DNA of 64,000 nt from contig CAWKHF010000004.1 of NCBI GenBank assembly GCA_963849325.1, positions 448,001 through 512,000 of the forward strand, given 5' to 3'. Made by a program: the position numbers and the translations under genes. Below the pieces are notes generated by a model. That model ran no database searches, had not been told where the DNA came from, and was given only the letters and a program-made list of their open reading frames with translations. Shown in pieces: positions 1 through 11,300 of the stretch (position 1 is the stretch's first letter; every line of letters starts with the position of its first letter). The stretch comes from an uncultured Planctomycetota bacterium. GTDB taxonomy: Bacteria > Planctomycetota > Planctomycetia > Gemmatales > Gemmataceae.

Positions 1-3000
1 ACACCGCTGGTCCCGTTGGCATCCGTGTACGTCCCCGAGCCGCTGTACGACCATGACGTACCGCCACTCTCAGAGCCGCTGCCGGAGCCACTTTCCGCGT
101 CGCTGCCCGAAGAACCTCCCAGGGTGTCGGTGCCGACTCCACCGCCGCCGCTGTGCAGGTGGCCGCTCTCGGTGATCGTGCCGCCACCAGTGACGGCGCC
201 GGTGGCCGTGAACGTACCCGAACCACTGTAGGAGGCATCGTTGGTGGCCGTGGTGGTGATAGAGGCGCTGCCCGAGGTGCTGGGGCTGGCGCTGCCGCTG
301 CTGCTGTCCGTATAGCTGCCGCCGATGACGCCGCTGATGCTGCCCGAGGCCCAGGCCGTCCCTCCCACGGTCCCCGTGATGACGGCCGAGGCCGAGCCAG
401 GAACGAAGAAGGAAATGCCGCTGGTCCCATTGGCATCCGTGTACGTCCCTGAGCCGCTGTAGGACCATGAGGTGGCGCCGCTCTCCGAACCGCTGCCGGA
501 GTCGCTCTCCGAGCCGGTGGCCAGGTCGTCGTCATCGTCCTCGCTGCCGCCGCTGTGCAGGTGGCCGCTCTCGGTGATGGTGCCCCCACCATTGACGGCG
601 CCCGAAGCCGTGAACGTACCGGAGCCGCTGTAGGAGGCGTCGTTGGTGGCGGTGGTGGTAGCGGACACGCTGCCCGAGGTGCTGGGACTGGCGCTGCCGC
701 TGCTGCTGTCCGTATAGCTGCCGCCGATGACGCCGGTGATGCTACCCGAAGCCCAGGCCGTACCCGTCGCCGTACCCGAGATGATCGCCGAGGCCGAGCC
801 AGGAACGAAGAAAGAGACGCTGCTGGTGCCGTTGGCGTCCGTGTACGTCCCCGAACCGCTGTACGACCACGAGGTTGCGCCACTCTCGGAGCCGCTGCCG
901 GAGCCACTTTCCGCGTCGCTGCCCGAAGAACCTCCAAGGGTGTCGGTGCCGACTCCACCGCCGCCGGTGTGCAGGTGGCCGCTCTCGGTGATCGTGCCGC
1001 CGCCATTGACGGCGCCGCTGGCGACGAATGTACCGGAGCCGGAGTACGAAGCGTCGTTGGTGGCGGTGGTGGTGGTGGAGACGCTGCCCGACATGCTGGC
1101 GCTGGAGCTGCCGCTCTCGTTGCCGCCGATGACGCCGGTGACGCTGCCCGAAGCCCAGGCCGAACCCGTCACCGTACCCGTTATGGTTGTCGAGGCCGAG
1201 CCGGGTACGAAGAAGGAGACACCACTGGTGCCGTTGGCGTCCGTGTACGTCCCCGAACCGCTATACGACCATGACGTACCGCCGCTTTCGGAGCCGCTGC
1301 CGGAGTCGCTCTCCGAGCCGGTGGCAAGGTCGCCCTCATCATCCTCGCCGCCGCCGGTGTGTAGATGACCGCTCTCCGTGATCGTGCCCCCGCCGTTGAC
1401 GGCGCCGCTGGCCGTGAACGTACCGGAGCCGGAATACGAAGCATCATTGGTGGCGGTGTTGGTGGTGGAGACACTGCCCGACATACTGGCGCTGGAGCTG
1501 CCGCTCTCGTTGCCGCCGATGACGCCGGTGATGCTGCCCGAGGCCCAAGCCGTGCCCGTCACCGTACCCGAGATGGTCGCCGAGGCGGAGCCGGGTACGA
1601 AGAAAGAGACGCCACTGGTGCCGTTGGCGTCGGTGTACGTCCCCGAACCGCTGTAGGACCATGAGGTGGCGCCGCTCTCCGAACCGCTGCCGGAGTCGCT
1701 CTCCGAGCCGGTGGCCAAGTCGTCCTCATCATCCTCGCCGCCGCCGGTGTGTAGATGACCGCTCTCCGTGATCGTGCCACCGCCGTTGACGGCGCCGGTG
1801 GCCGTGAACGTACCGGAGCCGGAATACGAGGCGTCGTTGGTGGCGGTGGTGGTAGCGGACACGCTGCCCGACGTGCTGGGGCTGGCGCTGCCGCTGCTGC
1901 TGTCCGTATAGCTGCCGCCGATGACGCCCGTGATACTGCCCGAAGCCCAGGCTGTACCCGTCACCGTACCCGAGATGATCGCCGAGGCCGAGCCAGGAAC
2001 AAAGAAAGAGACACCGCTGGTGCCGTTGGCGTCCGTGTATGTCCCTGAGCCGCTGTAAGACCACGACGTACCGCCGCTCTCCGAACCGCTACCCGAGTCA
2101 CTCTCCGCGCCGCTACCCGAGCCACTCGCCGAACCGCTGCCCGAACCGCCGATGGCGGCCGTGCCAACATCGCCGCCGCCGCTGTCCAGGTAGCCGCTCT
2201 CCGTGATCGTACCCCCGCCATTGACGGCGCCACTAGCGACGAACGTACCGGAGCCGCTGTAGGAGGCATCGTTGGTCGCCGTGGTGGTGATGGAGCCGCT
2301 GCCCGAATCGCTCCAACTGGCGCTGCTGTTCTCGCTGTCGCCCCAACTGCCGCCAATGACGCCCGTGACCAGGCCCGAAGCGTAAGCCGTACCCGTCACG
2401 CTCCCCGAAATGATCGTCGAGGCCGAGTCGGGAACGAAGAAAGAGACGCCGCTGGTACCGTTGGCATCCGTGTAGCTGCCGCTGCCCGAGTACGACCACG
2501 ACGTCGAGCCGCTCTCCGCACCGCTGCCCGAGCCGCCCTGCAGGACCCAATCACCCGAATTGGCGTCTATGCCACTGGTGTTGCCGGCGCTGTCGCTGCT
2601 GTGCAGCTGGCCACTCTCGGTGATCGTGCCCCCGCCCGTCACCGCCCCACTGGCCGAGAAGTTGCCACCGCCGCTGTAGGAAGCATCATTGGTCGCGCTG
2701 CCGCTGGCCGAAGCGCCGCCCGCATAGGTCCAGGCCGCGTTGGCGGCCTCCGTCGCCGTCCAGCTGCCCTGGTTGACGCCCGTCGCCTGACCCGAGGCGT
2801 AGGCCGTACCCGTCACGCTACCCGTTATGCCGGCTGAGTTGGAACCCGGCACGAAGAAGGCAACGCCGCTGGTCCCATTGGCATCCGTGTAGCTGCCGCG
2901 GCCACTGTACGACCACAACGACGAGCCGCTCTCCGAGCCGCTGGCCGAGCCGCCCTGCAGGAGCCAATTGCCCCCACCGGCGTCCGCCTCATAGGTGCCG

Positions 3001-3760
3001 ACATCGCTCCCGTCGGCATGCTCCGCGCCGCTCTCCGTGATCGTGCCGCCACCCGTCACCGCCCCCGCCGCCGTGAAGCTACCCCCGCCGCTGTAGGAAG
3101 CGTTGTCCGTCCCACTGCCACTGGTGGAAGCACTGCCCGCATAGCTCCAGCTCGCGCTGCCACTGCCGTTGCCGACCTCCGTCGCCACCCAACTGCCCTG
3201 ACCCTCGCTGCTCTCCTGACCCGAAGCGTAAGCCGTACCCGTCACGCTCCCCGTTATCGCCGCCGAGCCGGAGCCAGGAACGAAGAAGGAGACGCCACTG
3301 GTCCCATTGGCGTCCGTGTAGCTGCCATTGCCTGCGTATGACCACGACGTCGAACCGCTCCCGGCGCCCGTCGCCGTGCCGCTCTGGAGCACCCAACCGC
3401 CCGAACTGGCACCCACCTCATACGTGCTGACGCCGCTGGCACTGGCCTGCTGCTGGCCGCTCTCGGTGATGGTGCCGCCGCCCGTCACCGCCCCCGTCGC
3501 CGTGAAGCTGCCCGCGCCCTTATACGACGAACCGGCGCTGGCGCTGGCGCTCGCCGAACCGCTGCCCGAATAGGTCCAACTGCCGCTGCCGACCTCCGTT
3601 GCCGTCCAGTTGCCGTTGGCATTGCCATCGCCCTGGCCCCAGGCCGTGGTCGTCACCATCACGCTGGCATTGATCGTCGTCGAGGCCGAACCCGGCACCA
3701 AGAAAGCAATGCCGCTGCCGGCGCTGCCGTCCATCGAACTGCCGGCCCCCCCATACGACC
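1..3760 (-). repeat. At least 9 tandem coding repeats of ~390-435 nt (~130-145 aa)
   Basis: F(F/L)VPG motif recurs near 401, 803, 1204, 1594, 1996, 2432, 2851, 3279 and 3695. The unit contains WSYSGSGTYTDANGTSGVSFFVPGSAS and GAVTGGGTITESG. Confidence 0.92.
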
Positions 3761-4967
3761 ACAACGACGAGGCGCTTTGCCCGCCGCTGGCCGAGCCGTT
3801 GGCCAGCGTCCAGTTGTCGTTGCCGTCACTGACCTCCTGCGAGATCGCCTGCGCCGAGGAGACGTTGACGCCGTTTTCACTGACGGCACCGCTGGTCGTG
3901 CTGGCATAATAACTGCCGCTGCCGTTGTACGAGATGCCTTGCGATTCCTTGGTCGTCGTGGTCCAGCTGCCGTTTCCCCAGGACGACGGCGCGGCCGAAC
4001 CGCTGCCGACGCTGTTGCTGCTGCCGCCACCGGCCGAGAACGTCGAGGACATCCAGATGTCGTCGTAGCCGGTTTGCGTGCCGCTCATCGACGCGGCCAT
4101 GCCGGACGGAAGATTCGGACCCGAACCCCAATACGTTCCCTTGCCGCTGGCGCTGTACGATCCCGAAGCGTTGCCGGTATCGCTCCACGAGTCGCCGCCG
4201 GCGGCCGAGCCGCTGCCGAACACCGCGGTATTGGACAGCGTGCGATTGTACGAGTCCTGATTGGCCCACACGTCGGTTCGGGAGCCGTAGTCGCCGGGTG
4301 GGGCGATGGAGATGTCCTGCGAGCCGGTGGCCTTATCGCTCTCATTCAGGCTCAGGGTGAAGGCCGTCCCGGTGGGCGTGGTCGTGGCCGCCAACGAGTA
4401 CCCGGCCGCCCCGGAGGCGGCGCCGGTGTTGTAGGTAAAGGTAAAGGTCTCGTCATAATAATAGGAGCCGCTGCTGCTGCCACTGCCGCTGCCCAGCGGT
4501 CCGCCGCTAATGGTCAGCGTACTGGTGGAATCGTCCGTGGTCGTGGTGGTGGTGTCGGAGTAGGCGGAACTGGCGGCGGGTGCGTAGAAGGGGTTGGCGG
4601 CGTTGACGGACAGTCCCGAGCGCAGCGAGACCGTGGTCCCGGGCGTGAACTCCCAGGGACTCAGACCGCCTTCGGGCATGGTGGGGTTATAGACCGGCAC
4701 GGAAGCCGGTGCCAAACTGGGCATGGACGGTGCGAGGAGGTCCGGCAAGCTGCTGGTGCTCAGCAGGAACCGATCTTCGAGGATCTCGAAGGCCGGTTGA
4801 AAGCTGAGCCTTCGTTGGCGTGTCTTGGCCGTGCGTCGGGGAGTTGGAATCTGTCGCAGGGTCTCGCGGAGTGCGTGCCAGCTTTGGTCGCGCCAGGCGA
4901 AGAGGAAGTCGTAGAAGCGGTCCAGGCGTCGATGCAGCCATGCTTTGGCGCGAGCGATCTTTCCCAT
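1..4967 (-). CDS. Giant Ser/Gly/Thr-rich repetitive extracellular protein with planctomycete LEDR-type leader; 3' end outside window (>1650 aa)
   Basis: Hand translation: GGAGAG RBS, ATG at 4967, MGKIARAKAWLH...RQRRLSFQPAFEILEDRFLLS. The same frame still reads YTDANGTSG near position 1. It is missing from the ORF track because there is no stop in the window. Confidence 0.88.
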   Translation of the reverse strand, partial: MGKIARAKAWLHRRLDRFYDFLFAWRDQSWHALRETLRQIPTPRRTAKTRQRRLSFQPAFEILEDRFLLSTSSLPDLLAPSMPSLAPASVPVYNPTMPEGGLSPWEFTPGTTVSLRSGLSVNAANPFYAPAASSAYSDTTTTTTDDSTSTLTISGGPLGSGSGSSSGSYYYDETFTFTYNTGAASGAAGYSLAATTTPTGTAFTLSLNESDKATGSQDISIAPPGDYGSRTDVWANQDSYNRTLSNTAVFGSGSAAGGDSWSDTGNASGSYSASGKGTYWGSGPNLPSGMAASMSGTQTGYDDIWMSSTFSAGGGSSNSVGSGSAAPSSWGNGSWTTTTKESQGISYNGSGSYYASTTSGAVSENGVNVSSAQAISQEVSDGNDNWTLANGSASGGQSASSLWSYGGAGSSMDGSAGSGIAFLVPGSASTTINASVMVTTTAWGQGDGNANGNWTATEVGSGSWTYSGSGSASASASAGSSYKGAGSFTATGAVTGGGTITESGQQQASASGVSTYEVGASSGGWVLQSGTATGAGSGSTSWSYAGNGSYTDANGTSGVSFFVPGSGSAAITGSVTGTAYASGQESSEGQGSWVATEVGNGSGSASWSYAGSASTSGSGTDNASYSGGGSFTAAGAVTGGGTITESGAEHADGSDVGTYEADAGGGNWLLQGGSASGSESGSSLWSYSGRGSYTDANGTSGVAFFVPGSNSAGITGSVTGTAYASGQATGVNQGSWTATEAANAAWTYAGGASASGSATNDASYSGGGNFSASGAVTGGGTITESGQLHSSDSAGNTSGIDANSGDWVLQGGSGSGAESGSTSWSYSGSGSYTDANGTSGVSFFVPDSASTIISGSVTGTAYASGLVTGVIGGSWGDSENSSASWSDSGSGSITTTATNDASYSGSGTFVASGAVNGGGTITESGYLDSGGGDVGTAAIGGSGSGSASGSGSGAESDSGSGSESGGTSWSYSGSGTYTDANGTSGVSFFVPGSASAIISGTVTGTAWASGSITGVIGGSYTDSSSGSASPSTSGSVSATTTATNDASYSGSGTFTATGAVNGGGTITESGHLHTGGGEDDEDDLATGSESDSGSGSESGATSWSYSGSGTYTDANGTSGVSFFVPGSASATISGTVTGTAWASGSITGVIGGNESGSSSASMSGSVSTTNTATNDASYSGSGTFTASGAVNGGGTITESGHLHTGGGEDDEGDLATGSESDSGSGSESGGTSWSYSGSGTYTDANGTSGVSFFVPGSASTTITGTVTGSAWASGSVTGVIGGNESGSSSASMSGSVSTTTTATNDASYSGSGTFVASGAVNGGGTITESGHLHTGGGGVGTDTLGGSSGSDAESGSGSGSESGATSWSYSGSGTYTDANGTSSVSFFVPGSASAIISGTATGTAWASGSITGVIGGSYTDSSSGSASPSTSGSVSATTTATNDASYSGSGTFTASGAVNGGGTITESGHLHSGGSEDDDDDLATGSESDSGSGSESGATSWSYSGSGTYTDANGTSGISFFVPGSASAVITGTVGGTAWASGSISGVIGGSYTDSSSGSASPSTSGSASITTTATNDASYSGSGTFTATGAVTGGGTITESGHLHSGGGGVGTDTLGGSSGSDAESGSGSGSESGGTSWSYSGSGTYTDANGTSG

Positions 4968-5466
4968 TGCCACGCTCTCCACGTCGATGAAGTCATCTCA
5001 GCTGTTCGGAATGAGCAGGAACCGGCCAACACCCTACTGGCGGGAAGACGCCGCCAGCAGTTCGAGTCCTTAGCGATTTAGCGGTTGCCGTAGAGAAGAA
5101 GAGCATCAACTACTTGCGGAAAGAGCTTGGGCTGTATTCGCTCCACGGTCGAGACTCGAAGGGTTTTCGAGTCGCAGATGCGCTCTACTTCTTCAATGAA
5201 TGCCCCTTCCAACTCGAGTTTTTCATAGGTCCGGTTGGCGGGAACAGGAAGGTCTTCTGGAAGGCTCTGCAAATAGGCAAGGACATTTCTGGTATGAATA
5301 GGATGCTACTGACCACCGGACCAAATAGCAACCTATCTTTCCTGTTTTCTCTCGGACGGCAAGCCGAACGGAATCGAGGTCCACGCTCATGTCCCGAACG
5401 GATGACGATAAACCGTCCAGATGCAGCGGGAGACGGCGTTGCTGCGCTCGTCCTCTGCCTCAGCAG

Positions 5467-6315
5467 TCATCCGCCGCTGGCAAACGGGTTGGGGTAGCCA
5501 AGCCGGTCGGCCATCGGCCCCACGACCTGCTGGAGCCGTTCCACTTCTTCGCGGGTGATCCATCCCGGAGGGGAGACTCCGACCCGGATCTCTCGGACGG
5601 CCGGGTTCGGCTCAAAGCCCAGGTAGGCCGCCAAAGGCTTCAGATCGAAATCACTGCGGATGAGGAATTCGTAACGGATCGGAAAGCCGTCCACTTTCTC
5701 GAAGCGATCACAGCAACTCTCGACAATGCTCGACCAGTGGGCACCGAACTGCTCCGGAGTGGTGATCTCCGGCTCGGGATAAAAGCGGACCCATCGTGCC
5801 TGGCTCCGCCGGTAGGAAGCCCAGCATTCATAGGGGTTGCGGACCAGGAACAGGAACTTGGCCCTGGGAAACAGCCAGCGCAAGTAAATCGCATGTTCCA
5901 TGCCGTAGCGCACTTCCTTCAGACCCCAGCGGACATAGCCGCGTGCCTGGCTGGGCTCGGCAAACAGCTTGCGGAAGAACTCGACCTGCGCATCCAGCAG
6001 CGACTGCACCGGAGGATAGAGATTGGCCGTCCACATCGCGCCCAGCGGCTCCCGCCAGCACGGGGTGCTGATCAGCGCATTCTCTTCCGGCCAACTCTCC
6101 GAGAAAAAGCCGAGCGGCTGGGCCAGATGAGCGATGAGCCCGCCCGAGCCATACGGCTCCCCCCACACGAGGCATTGGCCCATCAGCATCCGTTGCAACA
6201 GCGTCGAACCGCTGCGCCACCCGGCCGCCAACACAAATACCGGTTCCTCCTGGGCCGAGGAGGCGACTGCCGGCCAGCGCCGTTTAATGAAGTCAATGGT
6301 TTCGTCCAGCTTCAT
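5467..6315 (-). CDS. Sulfotransferase family protein
   Basis: 5'-PSB-like loop AAGWRSGSTLLQRML, WGLKE, 3'-PB-like LVRNPYECWAS, IRYE. Confidence 0.85.
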   Translation of the reverse strand: MKLDETIDFIKRRWPAVASSAQEEPVFVLAAGWRSGSTLLQRMLMGQCLVWGEPYGSGGLIAHLAQPLGFFSESWPEENALISTPCWREPLGAMWTANLYPPVQSLLDAQVEFFRKLFAEPSQARGYVRWGLKEVRYGMEHAIYLRWLFPRAKFLFLVRNPYECWASYRRSQARWVRFYPEPEITTPEQFGAHWSSIVESCCDRFEKVDGFPIRYEFLIRSDFDLKPLAAYLGFEPNPAVREIRVGVSPPGWITREEVERLQQVVGPMADRLGYPNPFASGG

Positions 6316-6571
6316 CCCTTTCTCTCCCCGGCCACCCCTTGGCCAAACGATCTTTCCAAAGTCGCGTTCTCCCTCTTGCCAACCATGCCGACCGCCCTGA
6401 TAATTTACCTAGAATTACGGGCGGTGTCCTTCGCTTTAGCTCCGGTTGTTTCGTTCACTCCCTGGCGCGACTGTTCGCTGCTCGTGGCTGCCCGTCGCCC
6501 GTGCAGCGTGCCGGCTGGCTCGAAGGGAACAGCCCTGTTGTGCCTTGCCGCCCCCGGCTCATTTTACTTCT

Positions 6572-7985
6572 ATGTCACGCATTCTTCTTGTGGTCGGTGC
6601 GGGCCGTTGCGGCCTGATCTCTTTTCTGGGCTTGCTCGCCAAGCAGCCCGGCACCAGCGCAAGCCTCGAAGAGCCGCCGCTGCTCCCCTGGAAGCGCGCT
6701 GCTGGCGACCAGGTGATCCGAGAGCGCTTCGCCCGTTTTCGGCGCAAGCGGCAAGCGAAGGTCCTCGTCGATGCCGCCAGCTTTTACCTGCCGTACCTGG
6801 CGGATGCCATCGCCGTCGAGCCGGACATCCGCATTGTCGGGTTGAAACGGCCTCGCGAGGAGGTCGTGGCCAGTTTCGAGCGTTTCCTGGATGAGTACAA
6901 CACCTTTCCCACCAACCATTGGGCCGAGGAGCCGACCGACGGCTTCACGCACGACTTGATCTGGACGCGGACGTTCCCCCAGTATCCCCTCGCGGACCGC
7001 GTCCAGGGCCTCGGCCGCTATTGGGACGACTATTACCAGGCTCTCGGGGAGTTGGCGGAGCGTTATCCACAAAACGTGCGCATCTTCGAGATGCACGGAA
7101 GTCTTGAATAGCGAGTCGGGCCAGTCGCAGGCGTTAACGTTCGCCGGGTATCCCGCCGAACAGCAGGTCATGCAACGTCGGTGTCCGCGCCCATCGCGTC
7201 AAGCCGCCTCCCCAGCGACCGCAAGCCAAACGTACCTTGTCGCGTGGCAAGCCGACCTGGGGGCTGAGCCACCCGCTCGACCCGGCCCGTTGCGTCGTGC
7301 TGGTCCCCTTCCTGGGTTCGATTCTGCCGCAATGCGAGGCGGGCCTGCGCGAGCTGGAAAAGCGGGGCTATCAGGTCCGCCGCGTCGGCGGCTTCTCGGC
7401 CATCGACCAGGGCCGCAACCAACTCGCCACCGACGCCCTTCTCGACGGCTTCGAGGAGACCATGTGGATCGACGCCGATATCGAGTTCCATCCCGACAGC
7501 GTGGACCGACTCCGCGGCCACGGCCTGCCCGTCGTCTGCGGCCTGTACCCGCAGAAGAAGTTCCGCGCCCTGACCAGCAAGCCGTTGCCGGGGACCGATT
7601 AGATCACCTTCGGCCAGAAAGGCGGCCTGGTCGAATTCCAGTACGTGGCCGCCGGCTTCCTGCTCGTTCGCCGCGAAGTCTACCTCAAAATCCAGTACCA
7701 GCTGGCCCTGCCGCTGGCCAACGAATGCTTCGGCTCGCCGGCCGTGCCGTTCTTCCAGTCGCTGGTCGCATCCGTTCGAGGACGGCCACTGGTATCTGGC
7801 CGAGGACTACGCCTTCTGCGAACGCGCCCGGCAATGCGGCTTCCGAGATCATCGCGGACACCACCATCCGCTTATGGCACATCGGCACGTATCCATACGG
7901 CTGGGAGGAATCGGGCAACGATCGGCAGCGGAGCGCGTCGTTTACTCTTCACGTTCGTGGAAAGCCCTCGAACCAGAAGCCGTAA
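6572..7985 (+). pseudogene. Sulfotransferase-like domain fused to GT-A glycosyltransferase domain; frameshifts and one in-frame TAG (7600-7602); possibly intact in vivo
   Basis: N-part VVGAGRCG...LKRPREEVVAS. C-part IDQGRNQL..MWIDADIEF (DxD)..AGFLLVRREV..YLAEDYAFCERAR..IIADTTIRLWHIG, spread over several frames. Confidence 0.75.
7960..7985. other. Left attachment junction (core TCGA 7968-7971) in the last codons of the glycosyltransferase gene
   Basis: AAG CCC TCG A joined to right flank GT TGA gives K-P-S-S-stop. The following ACC completes GGGATTCGAACC when joined to the right end. Confidence 0.65.
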
Positions 7986-8349
7986 TTCGGTCGTAATCGA
8001 GACGGGGTTTCTCCCCTCCCTCTGGCACCAGGACGGGCCATTGGAAAGGATGAACTCCGGGCACAGGAGCTTCCTACGGATAACTCTCGTAGCCCGCGAC
8101 CGCAGCAACCCGCTGCAATTCCTTTCGGAAAAGGATGCTAGGGCTGGCCGCCACGAGATAGCGTTACCGTCCAGGCGGGAACTCGATCCACAAATATTCC
8201 CCCTCCACGCTGACAGGATGGGAGCGATGATTCCTTCGGAAAACCGCAACAGACAAAGAAGGAAGAAGGGAATAGGAGTCTCTGGTTCCGCCCCCGGAAG
8301 GCTTCCGAGAGGCAGGTGAAGTTTCACCCGCGAGTTCCGCGTCCAGGAA

Positions 8350-11300
8350 TCATTCCAGGGCGGGGCCTTCGCTCTGTGCTGCCGCTCCCAAGCGAGGCGT
8401 TCCTGGAAGGTCAACGGCGGTTTGCCAGGTGAATTCGGGGCCGATTCCCGCACTACCCCCGCCTCTGTCACCGATGTGACATCGGCTCGCAGCGCTCCAT
8501 CCGATGACGGCGGTGATTCCATCCGGCGGCGAATGCGAGCGGTGATAGGTTCCTCGGCCGCTGCTTGCTTCCGTTGCCCGCGCTGTGGCGTGGCCTCGAT
8601 GGTGTGGGCGGCCTTCAGCGTCTTGATCCTATCGGCCAGCTCGTCAACCCTCGGCCCTTTGCCGTTGCCCTCCTCGTGGGCCGCTGCGGACAGGCCGGCT
8701 TTGAGCTGGTCACGCAGCTCGGTCAATTCCGAGAAATATCTGTCGTGCGGGAAGGACTTGCCCAGCCGTTCTCGATAGTCCCGCAGCTGGCTCTCGGCGA
8801 TGGACAGGTCTTGCCGGACGCGAGCGCATTCGGAACCGTAGCCGCCGGCCAGCCGTTCCAGGGCGTTGAGGACGGCACGCGGCCCTTGGTGGTCGCGCGA
8901 CAGCTCAGACTGACGGGTCATCGTGCCTTCCAGGTATACGTCCGGCGGGAATTGCGGATGTAGGACCAGGCCGAAGCGCAGACCCCGGTAGGTGCCGACG
9001 GGAACGCGGGTGGTGTCGCGGACGTGACGGGGCAAGTGGTCGAGCTGATCCGCCAGGACGGCGGTTACGTCCTCGCGGGACCAGGAACGCTTGCCGAGAG
9101 TGATCGGATCGCCGGCATGGGCCGTGGCGGTCGCCTCGTCGGCGGTGAGCTTCGACAGCCGTTCGGTAAGGTTCTCGATGGTCGAGGGCAAGTCGCGCAC
9201 GCTGCGGCGGGCGACGTATTGCTCGTCCAGGTGGTTCTTCTTCAGGAGGTTGAGCCGTTGCAGTTCGGCGTCGGCCTCGGCCAGTGTCAGCACGGCCGGG
9301 TTGCCCGAGGCAATCGCCTTGACCTCGGCATAGGAGAGTTCCTGACCGCCGATGTCCTCGGCGCGGCGGACGGCGCTCTCGCCGGTGATGACCTGGCCGA
9401 TAAAGCGGGCCTTGGTCTCCAGGGCTTGCCACATATAGGCGTCAAAGGAGCCTTCGGTGACGTAGCGGTAAATGGCCACTTCCTCGTTCTCGTTGCCTTG
9501 ACGCAGGATGCGGCCGTCGCGCTGCTCGACCTCGGCGGGTTTCCAGGGGCGTCCAGGTGATGCAAGGCCACCAGGCGTTTTTGGACGTTGGTGCCGGTGC
9601 CCATCTTCTGCGTACTGCCCAAGAGCACACGCACCGACCCCTGCCGTACTTTCTCGAAGAGGGCCTGCTTCTTGGCGTCGGATTCGGCATCGCCGATGGT
9701 GGCGATCTGCTCGCGGGGGATGCCGTGGGCGACCAGCTTCGCGATGATTTCGTCATAGGGCGAATAGCCCCACGGAGGTCGGGTTCACGCCCATGTCGGC
9801 GAAGATCATCTGCGTGCCGCGGTTGGCGGTAGTCTCCTTCCAGATGGAAAAGACGTTCTCGACCAGACGGTTGACCTTCGATTCCGGGAAATCCGGAGCC
9901 GTGGGCGACAGCATCCGGGCATCGGTGGCCAGCTTGCGGCCGTCGGTGGTAATGGCCAAGGCGTTATCGACGCGCGGGTCCACCTTCTGGGACCGCAGCC
10001 GCTCGTAGCGTTCCACCAGCTCCTGTTGCAGCTGGTGCTGCTCGTCGGACATGGGGCAGGCTACGATGATGGGCTTGCCGCCTTTCAGGCGCGGACGCGG
10101 CAGGTTCAGCATTTCCGCCGTCTGCACGTCGGAGAAGGAGCGGAACATCTGCTGGAGTTCCGGCAGGTTGGTGAAGCGGGCGAACCGGCTGCGCGGCCGC
10201 AGGCCCGCGCCGTCCGGCGAAATCTCCATCGTGTCCACCACCTCGCCGAAGGTGGCCGCCCAGGCGTCGAAGTGGTCGATGCCGCGGCTTTGCAGCCCAT
10301 GCGGATCGAGGAAGCGCTGCATCGTGTACATCTCGACCATCGTGTTGGTGATCGGCGTGCCGGTGGCAAAGGTGACGCCGTGGCCGGGATGCTGTTCGTC
10401 GAGGTAGCGGGCCTTCATGTATACGTCGAAGGCGCGTTCGCTGCCGCCGGTCTGGATGCCGGCGACGCGCTCCATCTTGGTCGGCGTCTCCAGGTTCTTG
10501 AAGTAGTGCGCCTCGTCGATGAAGACATGATCGATGCCCAACTCGTCGAAGACCAGCCCGTCGTCCTTCTTGTCCTCGGCCAGCAGGTCTTTCAGACGCT
10601 CGACGCGGGCCGCCTTCTGCTTCTCGATGGTCTTGATAAGGTTGCGGTTGGCGCCCTTGGTCGGCGGCGTGCTCGCGGAGCAGCTGGTCGTATTCGGCGA
10701 TTTGCTCGGTCAGGAACTTCTCCTGGTAATCCCGCGACATGCCAATGCGCTCGAAGCTGCTATGGGTCACGATGATGCCGTCCCAATCGCCGCTGGCGAT
10801 CTTGGCGGTCAGCATCTTGCGACGGTCACGGGTCAAATCCTCCTTGCTGGCGACCAGCAGCTTGGCATTGGGATAGAGCTGCATGAACTCGCGGGCGAAC
10901 TGCTCCAGCAGGTGGTTGGGCACCACGTACATGGGCTTCTTGATAAGGCCAGCCTGCTTCATCTTCATGCCGGTCGCGGCCATCGTGAAGGTCTTGCCGG
11001 CGCCGACGACGTGGGCGAGCAGCGTGTTGCCGCTGCTCATACCGCGCCAAACGGCATCGTCCTGGTGCGGCCGCAGGTGGATGGTCTGATTCATGCCGGG
11101 GAAGTCGAGATGTGAGCCGTCAAACAGCCGGGGCCGCAAATTGTTGTAGGTGTCGTTGTAGATGCGGACGAAACGCTCGGTGCGTTCGGGGTCGGTGAAC
11201 ACCCAGGAGCGGAAGCGTTCTTTGATGAGCTTTTGTTTCTCGCGGGCGGCCATCGTCGCTTCCTGGTTGACGACGCGCTCCTCGCGGTCGCCGTGGTCGA

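Noticed and set aside
1-3760. CRISPR array or ice-nucleation protein
   Set aside because: Repeats are ~400-nt in-frame coding units with no spacers and no AGYGST octapeptide
16-5081. Many plus-strand Pro/Val-rich and Ala/Arg-rich ORFs
   Set aside because: Antisense shadows of the giant minus-strand gene
5153-5173. Inverted repeat GACTCGAA-N5-TTCGAGTC upstream of the giant gene
   Set aside because: Single 8-bp repeat with no U-tract or second copy; function unsupported
5389-6894. 501-aa plus-strand ORF
   Set aside because: Antisense to the sulfotransferase and out of frame with the next gene; no motifs
7872-8349. C-terminal extension of the helicase ORF to 7872
   Set aside because: Crosses the attachment site and overlaps the GT gene; a 1-nt shift gives a plausible end SEGPALE-stop at ~8350
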